Source: Woeseiaceae bacterium
Lineage (GTDB): Bacteria; Pseudomonadota; Gammaproteobacteria; Steroidobacterales; Woeseiaceae
DNA length: 44,381 nt
Direction of reading: 5' to 3'
Assembly (NCBI GenBank): GCA_049667545.1
Contig: JBATID010000458.1
Location: 1 to 44,381 of the forward strand
Below the pieces are notes generated by a model. That model did no database searches, had not been told where the DNA came from, and saw only the letters and a program-made list of their open reading frames with translations. Positions 41,063 through 44,381 of the stretch are shown piece by piece. Position numbers and translations under genes: made by a program. Within the stretch, counting starts at the first letter, position 1. Each line of letters starts with the position of its first letter.

Positions 41063-41144
41063 GCGGGCAGCCGAGATGTTTGCTGGCGAGACATAAAGCG
41101 AGCGCCAGCGAGACAGTCCGCCAGCAAACATCTCGGCGGATCGC
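41063..41144. repeat. REP/MITE-like hairpin element (perfect 18-bp stem, 30-nt loop)
   Basis: The arms ccgagatgtttgctggcg (41071..41088) and cgccagcaaacatctcgg (41119..41136) are exact reverse complements. The unit recurs at 25115..25196. Confidence 0.85.
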
Positions 41145-41167
41145 CTGATGAGTCCCGCAGGGGGGTT

Positions 41168-41809
41168 CTACGTGAGCGCTTGCACCAAACGCTCGTAGAC
41201 CTCGTCAATACTGCCTTCAGCGTTAATCGAGGTGAGCTTGTTACGCTTCTCGTAGTAGTTGATGAGCGGTTCGGTCCTCTCGCGGTAGACCTCCAGGCGA
41301 TTACCGATGGTTTCCTCGTTGTCATCTTCACGCTGAATCAACGTCCCGCCGGCCTCGACGCACTCGGCCAGCTCCTCTGCTGAGGAATAGTAGATATTGA
41401 GCAGCTTGCCAGTGAGCGAGCACGTGCGTCGACCCGTCAGCCGTTTCATCAGGATGTCGAAATCGATGTCCAGCAGCACGGCCGTATCGAGCGGCGCACC
41501 AATCTGGTCCAGCAACTCCTCGAGATCGAGCGCCTGCTGCGTTGTGCGGGGAAAACCATCAAGGATAAACCCATCGGCGGTATCGGGCTGGTTCAGGCGC
41601 TCGCTGATAATTCCGAGCACCACCTCGTCCGGCACCAGGTTGCCAGACCCTATGACGGACTTGGCCCGCAGACCAAAACGCGTACCGGCGGCAACCGCTT
41701 CGCGAAGCATGTCACCCGTCGAGATTTGCGGGATATTCCAGTCCGCCATCAGCTTCTTGGCCTGCGTGCCTTTTCCTGATCCAGGCGCGCCCAGCAATAC
41801 GATTCGCAT
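41168..41809 (-). CDS. adk: Adenylate kinase
   Basis: The N-terminus is MRIVLLGAPGSGKGTQA, followed by ISTGDMLR and FILDGFPRT. It is the long-LID type at 213 aa. Confidence 0.95.
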   Translation of the reverse strand: MRIVLLGAPGSGKGTQAKKLMADWNIPQISTGDMLREAVAAGTRFGLRAKSVIGSGNLVPDEVVLGIISERLNQPDTADGFILDGFPRTTQQALDLEELLDQIGAPLDTAVLLDIDFDILMKRLTGRRTCSLTGKLLNIYYSSAEELAECVEAGGTLIQREDDNEETIGNRLEVYRERTEPLINYYEKRNKLTSINAEGSIDEVYERLVQALT

Positions 41810-41970
41810 CGACTCGTTCTCACTTCGATTTCCGGGGCAAGGAACGCTACCGGCTCAGGGTAAGCAGGTCAATGCGTAGATATGCACTAATTCGGTAATT
41901 GCCGATGATCCGTAAAGCGGTTTCCGCTATGCTCTGCGCCTCTTGAATCGTCAGCCACGGAAACCCAGTC

Positions 41971-43233
41971 ATGCCTGCTATGAACGCCTTTTATGCCCAG
42001 TCCGGCGGAGTTACCGCTGTTATCAATGCCACAGCCTGTGGTGTTATCGAGACAGCTCGCAAGCATACGAACAAGATAGCCAATGTATACGCAGGGCATA
42101 ACGGCATCATTGGCGCGCTCACCGAGGACATGATCGATACGAGCAAAGAGAGTACCGCGACAATTGCAGCGCTGATGCACACGCCGGGCGGCGCGTTTGG
42201 CTCCGCACGCTACAAACTCAAGGGTATTGAAGAAAATCGCGCGGAATACGAGCGCCTTATCGAGGTCTTCAGGGCCCACGACATCGGCTATTTTTTCTAC
42301 AACGGCGGCAACGATTCCATGGACACGGCCCACAAGGTGTCGCAGATCTCGAAGAAGATGGGCTTCCCGGTGACCTGCCTTGGCGTGCCCAAGACGGTGG
42401 ACAACGATCTGCCGATCACGGACACCTGCCCCGGGTTCGGGTCCGTTGCCAAGTATGTGGCGGTCTCGACACAGGAGGCTGCGATGGACGTGTTGTCGAT
42501 GGCCGAAACCTCAACCAAGGTTTTCATCCTCGAAGTCATGGGCCGACACGCCGGCTGGATTGCGGCGGCCGGCGGTCTGGCCGGAAAAAACCCGGGAGAT
42601 GCTCCGCACATCATCCTGTTCCCGGAGATCCCGTTCAAGAAGCGCGAGTTTTTGAAGCGGGTGCGCCAGTGCGTCCGTGATTACGGCTACTGCGTTATTG
42701 TCGTCAGCGAGGGTGCTGCATTTGCCAATGGCAAGTTCCTCGCCGAGGCAGGCACACGCGACGCCTTCGGTCACGCCCAGTTGGGTGGTGTCGCACCGGT
42801 GGTCGCGAATATGGTGCGTGAGAATCTGGGTTTCAAATATCACTATGCGATAGCCGACTATCTGCAGCGCTCGGCCCGGCATATCGCGTCGGACGTCGAT
42901 GTAAAGCAAGCGTACGCCGTGGGCAAGGCGGCCGTGCAGTTCGCTTTGCAGGGCAAGACCGCCATCATGCCGGTGATCAAGCGCCTCTCCGATAAGCCTT
43001 ATCGCTGGAAGATCGAATCAGCGCCACTGGGACGTATCGCGAACAAAGAAAAGATGCTGCCACGACACTACATCACGAAGGACGGTTTCGGCATCACCGA
43101 AGCCTGCCGGCGTTACCTGCAGCCGCTGATCAAAGGCGAAAATTATCCGCCATATATCAACGGCTTACCCAAGGTCGCCAAGCTTCGGAATCGTCCGGTG
43201 AAGCCGAGGACGGGCACTAAATTTATGGTATGA
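41971..43233 (+). CDS. pfp: Phosphofructokinase, predicted to be pyrophosphate-dependent (PPi-PFK)
   Basis: It belongs to the PFK family (YAQSGGVTAVINA, MGRHAGWIA). GGNDS (42304..42318) has Asp where ATP-PFKs have Gly. PKTVDND (42388..42408) has Lys where ATP-PFKs have Gly. Confidence 0.85.
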   Translation: MPAMNAFYAQSGGVTAVINATACGVIETARKHTNKIANVYAGHNGIIGALTEDMIDTSKESTATIAALMHTPGGAFGSARYKLKGIEENRAEYERLIEVFRAHDIGYFFYNGGNDSMDTAHKVSQISKKMGFPVTCLGVPKTVDNDLPITDTCPGFGSVAKYVAVSTQEAAMDVLSMAETSTKVFILEVMGRHAGWIAAAGGLAGKNPGDAPHIILFPEIPFKKREFLKRVRQCVRDYGYCVIVVSEGAAFANGKFLAEAGTRDAFGHAQLGGVAPVVANMVRENLGFKYHYAIADYLQRSARHIASDVDVKQAYAVGKAAVQFALQGKTAIMPVIKRLSDKPYRWKIESAPLGRIANKEKMLPRHYITKDGFGITEACRRYLQPLIKGENYPPYINGLPKVAKLRNRPVKPRTGTKFMV

Positions 43234-43323
43234 TGCGCCGCCTGCCGCCGGCGGCCCCCACAAGAATCACCAGCAAGGGGTCGGGGAGCGCGCGGCACCT
43301 TAAAAAAATCAGGAGAAGATCTG

Positions 43324-44381
43324 ATGTCTAACGAGTTTGCCCTGTGGCTCTCGATCGGTGCGGGTGCGCTCGCGATTCTGTTCGGAGTTATCTCAACGCA
43401 GTGGATTTTGAAACAGCCGGCCGGCAATGAACGCATGCAGCAAATCGCTGCCGCAATCCAGGAAGGCGCGAAGGCGTACATGGATCGTCAATACATGACG
43501 ATCGGCCTTGTGGGCGTCGTGCTGTTTGTCGCCCTGGGCTTTACCCTCGACTGGGCGACGGCCATCGGTTTCGCGATCGGCGCCATTTTCTCGGCCCTTG
43601 CCGGATACATCGGCATGTACGTATCAGTGCGTGCCAACGTACGCACCGCCGAAGCAGCCAGGAAAGGCGTTAACCCGGCGCTGAACGTAGCGTTCAGAGG
43701 CGGCGCAATCACCGGTTTGCTCGTCGTGGGGCTGGGATTGCTCGGCGTCGCGGGCTACTACCTGATCCTGCTGCAGCTGGGTTCGACCACGGACCACGCC
43801 ATTCACGCGCTGATTGGCCTCGCTTTCGGCGGCTCTTTGATCTCGATCTTCGCGCGACTGGGCGGCGGTATTTTCACCAAGGGTGCTGACGTCGGCGCTG
43901 ACCTCGTCGGTAAAGTTGAAGCGGGTATTCCGGAAGACGACCCCCGCAACCCGGGTGTGATCGCCGATAACGTCGGTGACAACGTCGGCGACTGCGCCGG
44001 CATGGCCGCTGACCTGTTCGAGACCTACGCCGTAACGATCATTGCAACGATGCTGCTGGGCGGCCTCGTGGCGGTCAACTATGGCCCTGAAGCCATTGTT
44101 TACCCGCTGGTTCTGGGCGCCGTGTCAATCGTCGCCTCTATCATTGGTACGTTTTTCGTCAAGACGTCAGATGGCGGCAAGATCATGGGCGCGCTGTACA
44201 AAGGCCTGGCCGTGGCCGGTGGTCTTTCCGCGATCGCCTTCTACTTCGCTACTGATTATATGATGGGCGGTGTCGTGATCGAAGGTGTGGTCAACACCAC
44301 CATGAGTCTGTTCGGTTCCGCACTGATCGGCCTGGCGCTGACCGCCGCCATGGTGGTGATCACCGAGTACTATACCTCCAC
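43324..44381 (+). CDS. hppA: Membrane-bound H+-translocating pyrophosphatase; the 3' end runs off the right edge
   Basis: Absent from the ORF track because it has no stop in the window. The ATG at 43324 follows AGGAG. The product begins [21 protein letters not shown]...[17 protein letters not shown]. It continues [56 protein letters not shown]. Confidence 0.93.
   Translation, partial: MSNEFALWLSIGAGALAILFGVISTQWILKQPAGNERMQQIAAAIQEGAKAYMDRQYMTIGLVGVVLFVALGFTLDWATAIGFAIGAIFSALAGYIGMYVSVRANVRTAEAARKGVNPALNVAFRGGAITGLLVVGLGLLGVAGYYLILLQLGSTTDHAIHALIGLAFGGSLISIFARLGGGIFTKGADVGADLVGKVEAGIPEDDPRNPGVIADNVGDNVGDCAGMAADLFETYAVTIIATMLLGGLVAVNYGPEAIVYPLVLGAVSIVASIIGTFFVKTSDGGKIMGALYKGLAVAGGLSAIAFYFATDYMMGGVVIEGVVNTTMSLFGSALIGLALTAAMVVITEYYTS

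Noticed and set aside
43237-43255. A GC-rich hairpin (gccgcc/ggcggc) between pfp and hppA, considered as a terminator.
   Set aside because: The stem is only 6 bp and no T-tract follows. It is more consistent with read-through than with termination.

Overview
The window is a compact, GC-rich (about 58-60% by eye) gammaproteobacterial core-chromosome segment with about 42 protein genes. I found no rRNA, tRNA, CRISPR array, transposase, integrase or phage gene.

Gene content from left to right:
- sspB-sspA and the cytochrome bc1 operon petABC, all on the minus strand.
- degS/algW, then murA-ibaG.
- The conserved LPS/sigma-54 block: yrbG-kdsD-kdsC-lptC-lptA-lptB-rpoN-hpf-ptsN-rapZ, followed by mgtE.
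- A patatin-like lipase and a membrane-anchored Bcp peroxiredoxin.
- A tight minus-strand run: pyk, an Ntn-hydrolase (penicillin/AHL) acylase, a MoxR AAA+ ATPase and a CoxE-like VWA protein.
- A Tat-exported PhoX-like (DUF839) gene.
- pgk-gap-tkt on the minus strand, then metK-ahcY-cpdA and a TraB/GumN protein.
- hemL, then a Lon-N-domain protein, mpl and a membrane protein on the minus strand.
- rnd, then a lipoprotein that fuses a PQQ-type sugar dehydrogenase propeller to a domain with two CxxCH motifs.
- adk, then a PPi-type phosphofructokinase followed directly by an H+-pyrophosphatase that runs off the right edge.

I do not see a clear-cut novel multi-gene system such as a defence island. 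The observations most worth a second look are:
1. An ~80-nt hairpin repeat family at two convergent gene junctions, with a compensatory base-pair change between the copies.
2. A cpdA homologue whose catalytic N-terminus lies upstream of any canonical start codon.
3. The translationally coupled pyk-acylase-MoxR-VWA run.
4. The sugar dehydrogenase/CxxCH fusion lipoprotein.
5. The pfp-hppA pyrophosphate module.

All product calls come from reading the translations for motifs and colinearity with well-known proteins. No database search was run.
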